Part shown: one piece after another, positions 50,259-62,826 of the stretch
Numbering within the stretch: position 1 is the stretch's first letter
Layout: each line of letters begins with the position of its first letter
NCBI GenBank assembly: GCA_051362555.1
Contig: CM120646.1
Location: forward strand, 16,182,001 to 16,246,000
Direction: 5' to 3'
DNA length: 64,000 bases
Origin: Lingula anatina
Taxonomy: Eukaryota > Animalia > Brachiopoda
Program-made: the position numbers and the translations under genes
Notes under the pieces: generated by a model
Databases searched by the model: none
Seen by the model: the letters and a program-made list of their open reading frames with translations, nothing else
What the model was told of the DNA's origin: nothing

Positions 50259-52614
50259 AACAAGGCAGCAAAGCTGTCAAATGTACAGACAAAAAACAGG
50301 AAATAACTAGATTGAATCTGACAAACTGCAATGATATGAGTTTATTTCCATTTTTGAAACTTTATTACACAATACACGATAACAAGTTTACCATCATTTT
50401 TACATAATCAACTAATAATGTTGTAAAGATGCAGGAATGCCAAACAAACACTTTTACGTATCTTATTAATTAAATAATGAAACTGTTAACATGCCTAAGA
50501 AATGAATCTGAGGAAATGTGAAAAAACGGCATTTCTTTAAAATAATGGCCCGATTAAGCTGATTTTTGAACTCAACCTGCGTTTTAGCAGGAATGACCAC
50601 TCCTGTGAGTTTCATGACAATTGGCGTATCTGTTTTTCTTATATTGCATTTACTGTGTTGCATATATGCTGAAAAGTGAAGAAAAAAGCATAACTAATAA
50701 AATAATAATAAAACAGTGGCCTGATCATGCCGATTTTCGAACCTGACCTGCGTTATAATAAGATCGATTACTCCTGTGAGTTTCATGACAACAGGCCTAT
50801 CAGTTTTCCTTGAAATGTGTTTTCAGTGTTGCATATATGCTGAAAAGTTAAAAAAAAACAGCATAACTTCCCTTAAAATGGCCCGATCATGCTGATTTTC
50901 GAACTTGACCTGCGTTTTATGAATATTCATCAGCTCTGTAAATATACAGCCAAAAAGTAAAACTGGCAATATGGCAATATGTACAGACACATCTGTACAT
51001 ATTTATTGTACTGTTTGAGAACAGTAAGTGACATGGTTTTTCTTAAATGGTCATCATGGGAGCAGTGCCCAAAATAGGTTTTTTCAAATTTTGATGCAAT
51101 ATTACATAATGTTTAACAGCATAATGACCATCAATTTTAATAATAAAATATTAGTATCATGGATATTCAGAAAATGTGACTAGCAAAGGTCTTCAGGCCC
51201 ATGGAACTTCAAAGTCACAACTTGAAAATGCCAAAATGTAAACAAGACAGCACTGTTCTGAAATGTTTTTTTTTCCATTTTTAACAATTTTTTTAACATA
51301 AAACAAAATTAACAGGTTACTGCCATCTTTATATGATCAACTAAGAAAATTGATGAGATGGGAAAAATATAAATACAACAGTGTTAAATGTCCAATTTCC
51401 TCCATTCTGAGATTCTAAACATAGTGAATGATTGCATCTGACAAACTGCAATGATATGAGTTTATTTCCATTTTTGAAACTTTATTACACAATACATGAT
51501 AACAAGTTTACCATCAGTTTTACATAATCAACTAATAATGTTGTAAAGATACAGGAAATGTCAACCAAACACTTTAACATGTCTTATTAGTTAAATAATG
51601 AGACTGTTAACATGCATTAGAATTGAATCTGAGGAAATGTGAAACAAGACAGCACTGTTCTGACATGGGTTTATTTCCATTTTTAACACTTTTTTTAACA
51701 TAAAACAAAATAAACAGTTAACTGCAATTTTTATATGATCAACTAAGAAAATTGATGAGATGGGGAAAATATCAATAGAATAGTGTTTAATGTCTAATTT
51801 CCTCCATTCTGAGATACTGAACATAGTGAATGATTAAATCTGACAAACTGCAATGATATGAGTTTATTTCCATTTTTGACACTTTATTACACAATACACG
51901 ATAACAAGTTTACCATCATTTTTACATAATCAACTAACAATGTTGTAAAGATGCAGGAAATGTCAAACAAACACTTTTACGTATCTTATTAGTTCAATAA
52001 TGAGATTGTTAACATGCCTAAGAGTTGAATCGGAGGAAATGTGAAAAAACAGCATAACTTCTAAAATAATGCCCCAATTATGCTGATTTTCGAACTCAAC
52101 CTGCATTTTAATAAGATTGACCACTCCTGTGAGTTTAAAGACAATTGGCCTATCTGTTTTTCTTAAATTGTGTTTACAGTGTTGCATATATGCTGAAAAA
52201 TGAAAAAAAAAAAACAGCATAACTACTAAAACAGTGGCCCGATCATGCTGATTTTCGAACTTGACCTGTGTTTTTATAAGACTGATTACTCCTGTGAGTT
52301 TCATGACAACAGGCCTAACGGTTTTCCTTAAAATGTGTTTACAGGGTTGCATATATGCTGAAAAAAGTGAAAAAACAGCATAACTTCCCTTAAAATGGCC
52401 CGATCATGCTGATTTTCGAACTTGACCTGCGTTTTATGAATATTCATCAGCTCTGTAAATATTAAGCCAAAAAGTACAACTGCCCTCCACTTATCGTGTT
52501 TACAAGGAAAGTGCACGGCGCCGGCGACGGCATCGGCATCGGCATCGGCATCGGCATCGGCGACGACAGACGCAGGTGATGGCAATATGTACAGACACAT
52601 CTGTGTCTGTACAT
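50259..52614 (-). mobile_element. second Helentron/DINE-like element B, head-to-tail with element A
   Basis: Same termini as A: caaggcagcaaagctgtcaaatgtacagaca at 50261, and (gcatcg)n followed by the TGTACAGACACATCTGTGTCTGTACA hairpin ending at about 52613. A truncated terminus at about 50980-51000. Internal blocks shared with A. Confidence 0.72.
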
Positions 52615-54060
52615 AATAATTACTTGATTTATAGATAATAATAATAATAAGATTGAGCTGCTCTGACAGGTCTGCACTCTGCGAACGCTTTTCAACTTTT
52701 TTTTTCAAATATTGCAATTGCATCCCAAAAACGAACAAAATCAAACACAAAGCACGTTAAAATTCATCCAATTTTAATTATCCAAAATCATCCACAATTA
52801 TTCAGATGAATCTTAATTTAGCTTTACAATTTGATGGTTGAGAAAATACAATACATCCCTGGTAAAGTAGAGACTTGAATATAAAAAACGCTGAGTGTAA
52901 TATGTTGACAGTCACCGTCACCAAGAAGTCAATGAATCTATAAACCATAAAAAAACCACCTAGGAATAGCACAATAGTCTACAATTAAACAATGACACTC
53001 TATGGGGTGTATAGAACTTCATTTTTAATCCGTTTGTAAATATTTAATCGGTTCGGATTGATTTTTTTACACACAGGAAGACACGTACTCCTAAGTCGTT
53101 TTGTGGTTTTTAGGTTCAGCGCCAAATCAAAGTGACAGCCAAGCGTGCACAAAACATTCATCACCTTTCCTAGACATGACTGTACTGTGATTCTGAACTA
53201 AGAATATTTTATTGTCAAAGAGACATTCAAAATTAAAGCTATTGGATATGTTTCTATGTGCAAGATAATATTATAATAGTATTCCAAATACAACATTGTG
53301 AAAGTTACTAGTAGTCTTTTTTAAATTGACTTAATTTTCAACTGACTTTCAATTTATGATCAAAAATCAAAATAATAGAAATTAAAAACATAAAATATCA
53401 ATGCTATGTTCATTCAAATATTATGCAGGCTTTAGTTTGAATTATAAGTAAACTGTGGATAGATAGCAGAAGACAAGTTTTACATAGCATGATCAAATCT
53501 ATCAACATTGGGAAAACCTGTACAAACATATCTTTTAATGTCAATTAATACAGATAGCAGATGTCTTTGTTATTGCACCCTGTTAAAAAGAACATTGAAC
53601 ACAAAATTGGATTCTTAAAAATTGGATATTTAAAAATACATTGCATCTGTTTCCTGACAAAGTATCGCAGCACATATTCTATTTCTTTACAAATCTTACA
53701 CAATTTTATTCTTGATTTTCCACATGCTGTGTGCTACTCTCACCTCAAATAAACAATGTGATTTTAATTTTTCATATCCTCCACCAAACTATTTAATAAC
53801 TTATTTTCATTTTTATTCCCACTTGCATCTATGCCACACACTCCTCATATCTCAATTAAGTATTGAAATATCTGTTACAAGACCAGCTTTTAGTCAACTC
53901 AAAATAAAAAAAAAAATTGCAGTTAAATGCTACATGCCTGCAATTGCTGTAGAAAGTTAGGTCACAATATGAGCGTACTTGTGGAACTTTTTTTACAGTT
54001 TTCAAAGTTTTGCCTTGTTATTAAGTATTTCACTTATATTATATAATCTTGCAGTTTTAC

Positions 54061-54286
54061 ACCCCATTTCCATAGATTTTTAGATCGATCTATCCCTGTG
54101 GGGAGTCTCACTAGATTACTGTCAGCTTGGCCGGCTTAAGCGTTTGTACCGCCTACTAAAAGCTGTAAGGGGGTAATTAACTATGGTGCCCGCTCGGCTG
54201 ACTGCAATTTAGCGTGACCTCCCAGGTAGTTAGGTCGATCTAAAACTTAATCTTTAGATCGATCTAAATCTCTGGGAAAGCACCCT
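54061..54286. mobile_element. degenerate palindromic MITE (same family as 2116-2360)
   Basis: ttagatcgatcta motifs in both arms; ggagtctcactagattactgtcagc mirrors gctgactgcaatttagcgtgacctccc. Confidence 0.55.
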
Positions 54287-54716
54287 TAGAACACACAAGA
54301 CTAGCGGAGCCTGGTGTGAAATGTATCTGAAAGCTCAACATATTAGATGTCTTCAGTGCAGTACCCATCACACAGCCAGTTCCATGGACCTTTACAAGGT
54401 AGTAATAAAAAAAAAAAAAAAAAAAAAAAGAAAGAAAAAAAGTGAACAGCTCTAAACCAAAAAATTTAAGGGTGTTTTGTGCCCTATACTCCTTGTTCAT
54501 GGTAATAAGGAATTACTCTACCAAAATAAGATGATCCAATGAAAAAAATATATATTAAATTAAGTTAATCTAAATACACCTCCGATATTATAAATCATCA
54601 ACAACAAGCTGCTGTGTTCGAAAAATCCTAAACCCTCAGCTATCAAATTCCACTTCTCAGAAAAATTATGGTATCCAATTATCACCTTGTCTTTGTCACC
54701 TAAACTTCCAACCCTG

Positions 54717-57195
54717 CTACGAGGAGCCATCATTACTTCCATCTCTCTCTACATTTTCCTCCTCGAACTCCGCATTCATCATCTTACAGAACACTTTGTA
54801 CTCCTCAAAGGTCAGCCCGGCCACATCCTCGGAGAAAGCCCGGTCAGAAGTGTCCAGCATCAGTTTTAGGTTTGGGTTGCCATGGTGGTGTTCACTGACG
54901 GTGGCCTTCCCTGGTGTATGGTACACGCCTGCCCTCAGGAGAAACTGGTGCCGTTTGCGGACGTGGTCCAGGGAGTGGTCAAACAAACGTCCAAGTAGCA
55001 TATCCTTGACCTGGTAATACACCAAATATGTAGAGATATACTAGTATATCAAAACAGGTGCACTTTATGTAATTAGAATATAGAGAGTGGTCAATTTAGT
55101 AAGTGGCAGTATACTATGGACCTGGAAATATAACAAATATGTTTACAAAAAAAAAAATGTAAGAAGTATTTAGTATTTCTACAAATACTGAGTGATCATT
55201 TAACTACATGTAGCATATGCTGAACCTGGAAATATATACGAAATACGCCTTCAATACTCCATCTATAAAAAGTAATGTTTCATAAGTGGTCTTTAATATA
55301 TAACATATAAATGTAAACTAAAGTAATCAGTAATCCTAAACATACTTATATATGTAAAGAATGTAGCAGGTGCCCCTTACACATCTAGTCGACTTGGTAG
55401 TGAAATAGATGTAGGAATGTGGTGTTAACTAGAGAATTAACTTTCAGAGTAAGGCTCAACAATGCCCAGCAGAATGGACAATGTTGATGGGTAGTAATTT
55501 TTTTAACAGAGTATATGTAGATTAACTTTCTGTGTTGATCAAATCTGCATAGCTGCAAATATTAACAAAATACAAATACATAAATAAATATATGTGAAAT
55601 AAATGTATAATAAACAGCAAAATTATAAATAATTTAAGAAGTTTGTCTGCTCAAGTGTACATGTGTGTGTTAAGAGAACAAATTCATCCTTGTTAAATGG
55701 AGGACCCTGTGGGATACGTGAACTGCATAAATACCAAGTCTGACATTTCTACATTGAGGTATGGTTTGATAAATGGCAGTTATTTCAGTAGGACATAATA
55801 GCGTGACACACGGCATTCACCTAGATACTTCTCGTAGTAAACAGAAAAACATCACATGATGACTAACAGTACATTTACATCTACCATTTAATTCCCATTT
55901 TCTACTAAATGAACCTGTAAGCAACATGGAATCTGGGACACTGCCTTCCATTTCTATATATTTAAAATCAAAAATATATGATATGATTTGATGTACTACA
56001 AGCTAGTAAAAAATATTTTAATTGACTGCCTGAATAAATGGCTTGAAAATCTCTACATAATTGAAATCAGACTAAAGGACTTGTTCTCTATACACTATAA
56101 ATATTTTATCCAGTATCTTAATCTAAAATGACCATGACGTACCTCTAACTTCATGGTATTTAGAACATATTCATATATGGCCTTGGTGTCTTCAGGCTGG
56201 GCCACCATGACGCCAGGACTGCGCAAGATGATCACCCTCTGATGCCTATTGGTGAACATAGTCTTAAGCTGGTGAAAATTGGTCAGGAGGGTCTTGGTGG
56301 GTGTGGTCAGAAGCTCTGGACATCTCAGGACAACACTGTTAATCTTAGAATGGTCAATACCAAATGACCTCAACAGACTGAACACGTTATACATGTGATC
56401 ACGTCCATACTTCATTATATCAATATCGTCGTCAATCAGCTGTAGAATCTGGAAAGAATCGAATTTAGTGAAGTGTAGGGCGTCAATCACCTCTTCCCAT
56501 CTCTTAGTGTCCACTTTTATCAGTTCAGGTTCACGTTCATAAAATTCCAATATGTCTCCCCCTTTACACCCTATCCTGAGTAGCACTGCCACCTGTTGGC
56601 TCAACCTCTCTCTGTTTTTATTGAAGGAAGGGTTCATCTTGCACAGAGCATCAACAAGCTTCCTGTTTTCTTTGTGTGTGTCGATATGCAGCATGATTTC
56701 AATCTCATGTTCCAGCTCATCGTCATAATCATATTCAAGGTTATTCTGTCCATCTTCATTTTGGGACAAACCCCAAGCAAAGTACTCTTCCAAGAAACTT
56801 TTATCTTCTTCCACAGCATCTGCCACCTGTGGCAGCACCTGCTTCTGTTTGGTGGCAGCGTCTTCCTCCTCCTCCACCCTCATCCTTTCCATGAAAAGTC
56901 CTAGCTCCTCCTCAGGATGCTCCTCGAGGGCAAGGTCAACCTCTTCCTCCTCCTGATGATTCAGGGATATTCTACCCTTCCTGCTGTAAGCCCTACACCC
57001 CACTGGAATCTCTACACGCCTATATGCAGCAACAGATGTTATTCCCTTGCTCAGGACAACACTTCTTGGGATAGGTACACAGTTTGTATTGCTTTTGCTC
57101 CAAACGAGTTGTGCTGGAAGACGACCCCTGTGGAAGATATTGTTTCTTGTGGCAAAGCCACAGGATGACAGAAAACTGATGTTCAGTCGTGACAT
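54717..57195 (-). CDS. MTERF4: mitochondrial transcription termination factor family protein, MTERF4-like (448 aa)
   Basis: Exons 57195-56143 (Arg/Ser-rich transit-like N-terminus, acidic stretch, mTERF repeats such as VVLRCPELL and IILRSPGVM; donor GAG|gtacgt) and 55010-54717 (VRKRHQFLLRAGVY...NPNLKLMLDTSDRAFSEDVAGLTFEEYKVFCK plus acidic tail, resembling the MTERF4 C-terminus). Confidence 0.8.
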
Positions 57196-58310
57196 ATCTG
57201 GTTCACTGGCGACGGGACAGACACAGCATTACCCTTCTTCTCTGAAAGACTAACCCCTGCTGCTAAATGATCCTCTTTTCATCTAGCTGTGCCTAGAAAA
57301 AAAAATGGTATAACTCTGACTTTATTGTTCATAAATATGCCTTGATTAACTGGTGCAATGAACTTAATATATATTTATTTGTTGCACCAAGTGCAACACA
57401 ACTACACTTCCTAAGTTTTATAGACCATAAGAAAGAAGGCTACATATAATCTAGGTTAATATGCAAAGCAAGTGTTCTCTTTCTCCACACGACTACTGAC
57501 ACAACTAACAATTAAATGTATCGACAAAAATACCATCTGTGTAATCAAAACAGGAGTTAGACAAGAACTGAGTACAAATTTAAGACAGCTTAAATGTTAA
57601 CTGTTTCAATTGGTGAATAACAGACCTGAGCTGCTGGATTTCCCTTCTTGTTAACTAACATTTTTGCTTCAAACGTAAGATGTTTATATTACAGTTGTAT
57701 TTAGTTATTAAAATCAGTAAAATCTACTGAAGTTCAAAGTCCAAATATCACACTACCAATATATTTACCTGCAATAAATATATATATAGTACTAGTCAGT
57801 ATGCTCTTAGTTCATAAGCTATATACTAGTACATACTTCACATACCTACAACGTTCCCCGTTTCGTTCACACACAAAAAATATATATATAATGACTGTTT
57901 TAAAAACAATGGCTCTGTTTCTCAAAGTAAAGCTACATAAGGACTGGTGTTTTGCACACTGACACCAACCCATCCCAGGTCAGACAGTGACCCCCTTTTA
58001 ACGGCACAACTGCGTGCACACTTTGCAAAGTGAACCTTTGTTTACAACACTGAACATGTACAAATGATGATGCAATTAGTGTCCCCCTAAAAAGTCATTT
58101 TTAAAGACTTTATTGCATCTCCTAATTAACGTTATCTGGTCAAAAAACCAGCAGTTTGATTTGGTAAAATACCTGAGATAACGTTCAAATAACCCACTCT
58201 TGCTTCACTTGCGCATCGCCTGGTTAAAGATGCTACGCGTAAAAGACTCGAGTGTTGTTTGTGGCGATATCTAGGTCAAGTTATCATGCCTACTCTGCGG
58301 TCCTTTAAAA

Positions 58311-58373
58311 CATAGAAATGGATAGAAATGGACTGAAATGGGCCGAAATGGACCGAAATGGACCGAAATGGAC
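58311..58373. repeat. 10-bp minisatellite (GAAATGGACC-like, about 6 copies)
   Basis: atagaaatggatagaaatggactgaaatgggccgaaatggaccgaaatggaccgaaatggacg. Confidence 0.85.
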
Positions 58374-58430
58374 GCATGGCAAACCTCTATGAGATCGCAC
58401 TTGGGTTTTACATAGTAAAAATAAACTTAC

Positions 58431-58570
58431 CTTTATACCAGAAGGAAGTTTTATTGAATTTTCTGGTGGTACACCCTTCGAGGTAGTAATCGGGTCAAGG
58501 TCGCCATTTTCAAGGTGGATTCCGCAACGAGGCTGTGGCGGTGATTCCACAACGAGGCTGTGGCAGTGTA
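58431..58570 (-). promoter_or_regulatory. probable non-coding first exon and promoter region of the MTERF gene
   Basis: Minus-strand donor AAAG|GTAAGT at 58431. YY1-like AAAATGGCGAC at 58510-58500. Locally CpG-rich with a 25-bp direct repeat. Acceptor ttttctag at about 57294 upstream of the ATG. Confidence 0.5.
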
Positions 58571-59112
58571 CCTAAACACCGTCCTCAACCTAGCACAACC
58601 GACCACAACCGTCCTCCCATATAAAATAGTAAAATACGGTAATAGTTGGAAATTCCACATAAGATGGTGCTTTACTGATATAGAATATAGGGGAGACCTG
58701 AGCTAGTCAATTTATGAAAAAGTAACTTAATATTTGAAAGTTTGATGGTTGAATATTAGGTGAGAAAAAATTTAAAAAAATGAAAATTAAGAAAATCTAA
58801 AATGTGCATTTTACCACCCATTGTCTCAATGTATCAAATATCAATAGTTTTTTCATAGAATACTAATCTTTCATTTTCTTATTCTTATCCAATATATTCT
58901 TCCTAAAGTACCCTAAAAGAAAATATGTTGAAAAATGTCAAATAAATACTTTTTCATAGGGGGAGTCCTTGTGTGGTAAAATACAAATCTTTAATTTTTT
59001 TTATATTTTTCATGAAAATTAAAACAAACATTTAAGTGCCAATGTGTCCTCCATTATGCATACTACAAGATCATAGTCATTTACTCAAATAAAATAAATT
59101 TATGAATGTTTT

Positions 59113-59144
<32 letters not shown>

Positions 59145-60187
59145 GTCAAAATTTCCCAGGGGGGAGACAAATTTTCACTATTGGACTGGGGAGTTACATT
59201 TCCATTAATCATTAATTATGGAAATCTGACTGGGGAGTCACATTTTAGGGAAGTCAGAATTTCATGGTACACCAGTCATAAAAATGTTTTTTTTTAACCG
59301 GATAGTGAAATGAAAGATGTCGGCATCTAAAAAAAAATTGTTAGAGGATTAAAAATCTACTTTCATAGGCTTGTGATCGAATATAGTATATGTATAACCT
59401 GTATAGGGTATCAATAAAGTAAAGCTAGTTGCTTCAAGTTTCACAGAAATGTAGGCCTATCAGCGTTGTTCATTAGCACAAAAAGTCAATGGTTTTCTAA
59501 AATAATACTGGTTCAAAATTGAAATCATTTGTTTTCTTTTCATTTTATTATCATTAGTTTATTCCTAAATTAAAAAAGAAATAAGTTCGCTTAATAGATA
59601 TTAAGATTCTTTCAACACATACCATGCAACGTAAAGAAACCTCAATACATATCTGCCGCGTTTGAACTGCTAATTCATCAAAGACCAAAAGAATCAATTT
59701 AATGAGTAAAAATCTATTTCATGGCGTTAACATGGAATTATAACTGCATTTGAGTGCAAGGCCCAGAAACATGCCCTACCTCATTTGGCGGCACATTCGT
59801 CCACTCACGCTGTTCTACCTCTTACAGGTAAATATTGGCTTGATTGGTTTGCTTTTTTATTTAAGAGTTTCATGTTGTCTTATTTAATTATTTTTAGTTT
59901 AGTTCATTTAAAATACTATTTATTTATTTTTTAGTTTTAGTTCACGTAAATTGTTCTGTTCGTTTCATCACATTATTCAGACATTTGTCCACTCATGCTG
60001 TTCTACCTCTCATAGGTATCGCAATAAACAACATGTTTATAAAAAAATACCACTTCAAGTCTCTACCAGATCAGTCTGAGTCGTTTTTAAATAACAGTCC
60101 TGTTACAGTTTCATCAAGCAGTCATGCTAGGTATTCCTGTATTATAAAGGGTATATAGGTTTAGGTAGTTAAATGGAACATATTGGA

Positions 60188-60230
60188 AGCCTTTCCTGAG
60201 AAAAGTGGGTGGTCCTGAAAAGGACCGTTT
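60188..60230 (-). other. replication-dependent-histone-type 3' end signal (stem-loop, ACCCA, purine-rich downstream element)
   Basis: The minus strand reads AAAC-GGTCCT-TTTC-AGGACC-ACCCA-CTTTTCT-CAGGAAAGGCT. Confidence 0.7.
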
Positions 60231-60391
60231 ATAGGTAGGAAATGAGATTTCCTCAGTTTCCTTCGTTCAGCAACTTTTGGAGTGCCCGGGTACCATTGCC
60301 AGAGCTTTCTTAACTTTGATGCTGTTGATCTGCTTTCAGTTTGGGCAGTGCGATGTAGATGCCAGGTCGTAGTGCCACCCTGAGCCGCATT

Positions 60392-60647
60392 TCCATGGTC
60401 GTAGTTCCGCAGACCATTCACATGGGCTGTATCACAGATCTGATGCCCCAACTCCTAAACGCAGGCAACATTATTATGGAACTGCTGAAAGATATCCCCT
60501 TCACCTGTTAGTATTATAAAAAACGGATATTAATAATAAAGTACCAATCACTATACTCTGGGCTGTCCTCCAGGGTCGTAGTGTCGCAGACCTTTCAAGT
60601 GGGCTGTATCACAGTTCTGAACTCCTAACTCCTAAACGCAGGCAACA
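60392..60647. repeat. direct repeat of about 78 bp (copies at about 60392-60470 and 60569-60647)
   Basis: ggtcgtagt..cgcagacc.ttca..tgggctgtatcacag.tctga..ccc/taactcctaaacgcaggcaaca occurs twice. Confidence 0.8.
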
Positions 60648-62239
60648 TGAGATTTTTCAGCAAATGTCTAAATTTTATGCAATCCTACATTACAATTATA
60701 TCAAAATCATTAAAATAGTGTGCTATTAAATAAAAAGACAGCAATAATTAGATTATGGAAGATCTTAAAATTCCAACTTGAAGTAATCTGAAAGAAAGGG
60801 CCAGGACTTCATTGTTCACCCATCTGCCTGGTATTCACCCAAAATATGTGAGGTGTCCATCCATGACACTTAATGTCCTTCCATAACAGTTTTAATAACT
60901 TTGATTTATTAATCCACTGAAATCTTATATGTCAATTTTTTTTCAAAGGTTGTTGACCCATACCATGTTTGAGGAGAATATGAAGTAAAAAGTTTTTAGC
61001 TTTTGTAATGACTGAGAAAACTTAAAAAATAGGTACCTAAATTGTCGTGGAAGAACATTTTGATATTAATTAATCCATTCTTTTCTATTCAGAAAAATTT
61101 CAATGTAATGCACTTGGTTATATGTAAAAAATAACTTATATTTAATGTCTGTAGCCTTTATTATTAAAAATAATCAATATTTTGTAAACTACATCAAAAA
61201 TAAAAATGTCCTTCCATAACACTATTTTATAAATTTTCCAGATAAAAGTTTCAATAAAATAATAATCATCAAAACCTTTTTTGGGGGGATTCTGGTGTCT
61301 AGTGGTGTCTGGTTTCAGAAATTATAAGTTTTGTAAGTAGGAGTCTTTTTTGAAATTTTAAGGTCTCTGGACCAAATACCACGGAATGGCCCTTATACTG
61401 AAAAATGATGTTGGAAATTCCCTTTCTATCAAGGAATTCAACCATAATGTTAACTTTGTTCTAGACTAATTCAGTATCCAAAAGAATGATCTGAATGGCT
61501 TATTCTTCCAATGGAAAGTAATTACACATACATGTAGCATGTTATGAAATAATTGACTAGATTAAACAAAATCATCCAAATCATCAAAAATCCTCAAGGT
61601 CATATTATATAACCAGATAAAAGAGTAGTTAAATGGCATGCAAATATTTAAAAAAAAAAAAAAAAAAAAAAAACCTTTAGTACTAGTAATAATAATTGGC
61701 AACTGACATTTAAGACACAATATGAAAGGCCCCAATTCAGAACAAACCATAGAATATGATTAAAATATGGAACCGCATTGACTCTTGGATACTTTAAAAA
61801 AATCCAAAGTAAAGTTTCATATAATGAAATGTTATGTAAAGTTATGTGGGTTTTAGATTTTTTACTAAAATATTGCCTTTTTTGCTTTATTCTCATACCT
61901 ATTATTACTTTTATTTGATTCAATTTTACTTCGTTATTGTCATAATTTCACTGATAAATTTATTCCTCTTTTTTTCATTAACACAATATTTTATTCTAAC
62001 CCCTCAGAGAGGTATGTGAAAGAAGTGTATACACTATCCTCTTTAAAGTTAATATTATTTACTATATAAGACAAAGTGTCTCCTAGTGAGAAGAAATGGA
62101 CAATTAATTTCCAGACACAAACAGCAACTAAGTTGTAACTACATGTAGATGGAAAAGATGTGCCTTTAATAATCGAAGTAAATCTAATCGACAGTTCAAT
62201 TTGACAAGGTAAAATATATAGTAAAATGAGATGAGTTAT

Positions 62240-62826
62240 AGGGTGATGTCAAATAGCTATGACACAGGTAGGGACAGTGATCGATATATATGAGTCGGTT
62301 GGTATACCAAAACACCAGCTACAACAAATAATAATGAAATCCCCTACATACATGTAGCACATCACTTCATAACAATAACAAATCAAAAGCAGTCCAATGT
62401 GAAAAATTTTTTTAAAAATTATTCTGTGATCTGAGACAGCATTAAAACCTAATCCATTCTAAGCTAGTTAATCCAATTTACCTATTCAGGGATGAGACTA
62501 CCATTTTGTAATAAAAAAAGTATAAGATTAAAGTTTTTATTGCAGATCTGCATCAGTTGCAAAAGTAATATTTTTGGTTCCCAAATATTCCAAAAGCTAC
62601 CTGATTATGATCGTAACAATTATAACAAGCAAATAAGTAGACAAATTTTGTCTTCCAACCCTGTAGGTATGTTTTCTTACTATCTTATCAATTCAGCTTA
62701 CCTGTGAGTCCACTGATTGCAAGAGGAACACTCAATAACATCGTATGTGCAAGCAGTTGAGCAGACACTGCATGGGTATCGAGGCTTCTTAGACTTCATA
62801 TTAATACTTGGTTGTATCTTAGAACT
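62240..62826 (-). pseudogene. PHD-finger-encoding remnant, probably from a decayed gene or transposon
   Basis: Exon 62826-62702 reads SSKIQPSINMKSKKPRYPCSVCSTACTYDVIECSSCNQWTH and ends at CAG|GTAAGC. A candidate next exon from 62318 continues (S)WCFGIPTDSY and then needs a frameshift to give PYLCHSY. Confidence 0.55.

Noticed and set aside
48600-52500. Regularly recurring atatgctgaaaaaagtgaaaaa motif resembling a CRISPR array
   Set aside because: The intervening sequences are themselves repeated rather than unique spacers, there are no cas genes, and the context is eukaryotic. It is explained as the central repeats of Helentron-like elements.
51963-52750. ORFs of 129 and 140 aa (KLTGVI...EFENQHDRA; ADADAD)
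   Set aside because: These are translations of the tandem repeat unit and microsatellite. Sister copies contain stops.
59790-60020. Direct repeat of about 40 bp ending in (c/t)AGGTA, resembling duplicated exon ends
   Set aside because: No open frame or gene context could be built. Treated as a local duplication.
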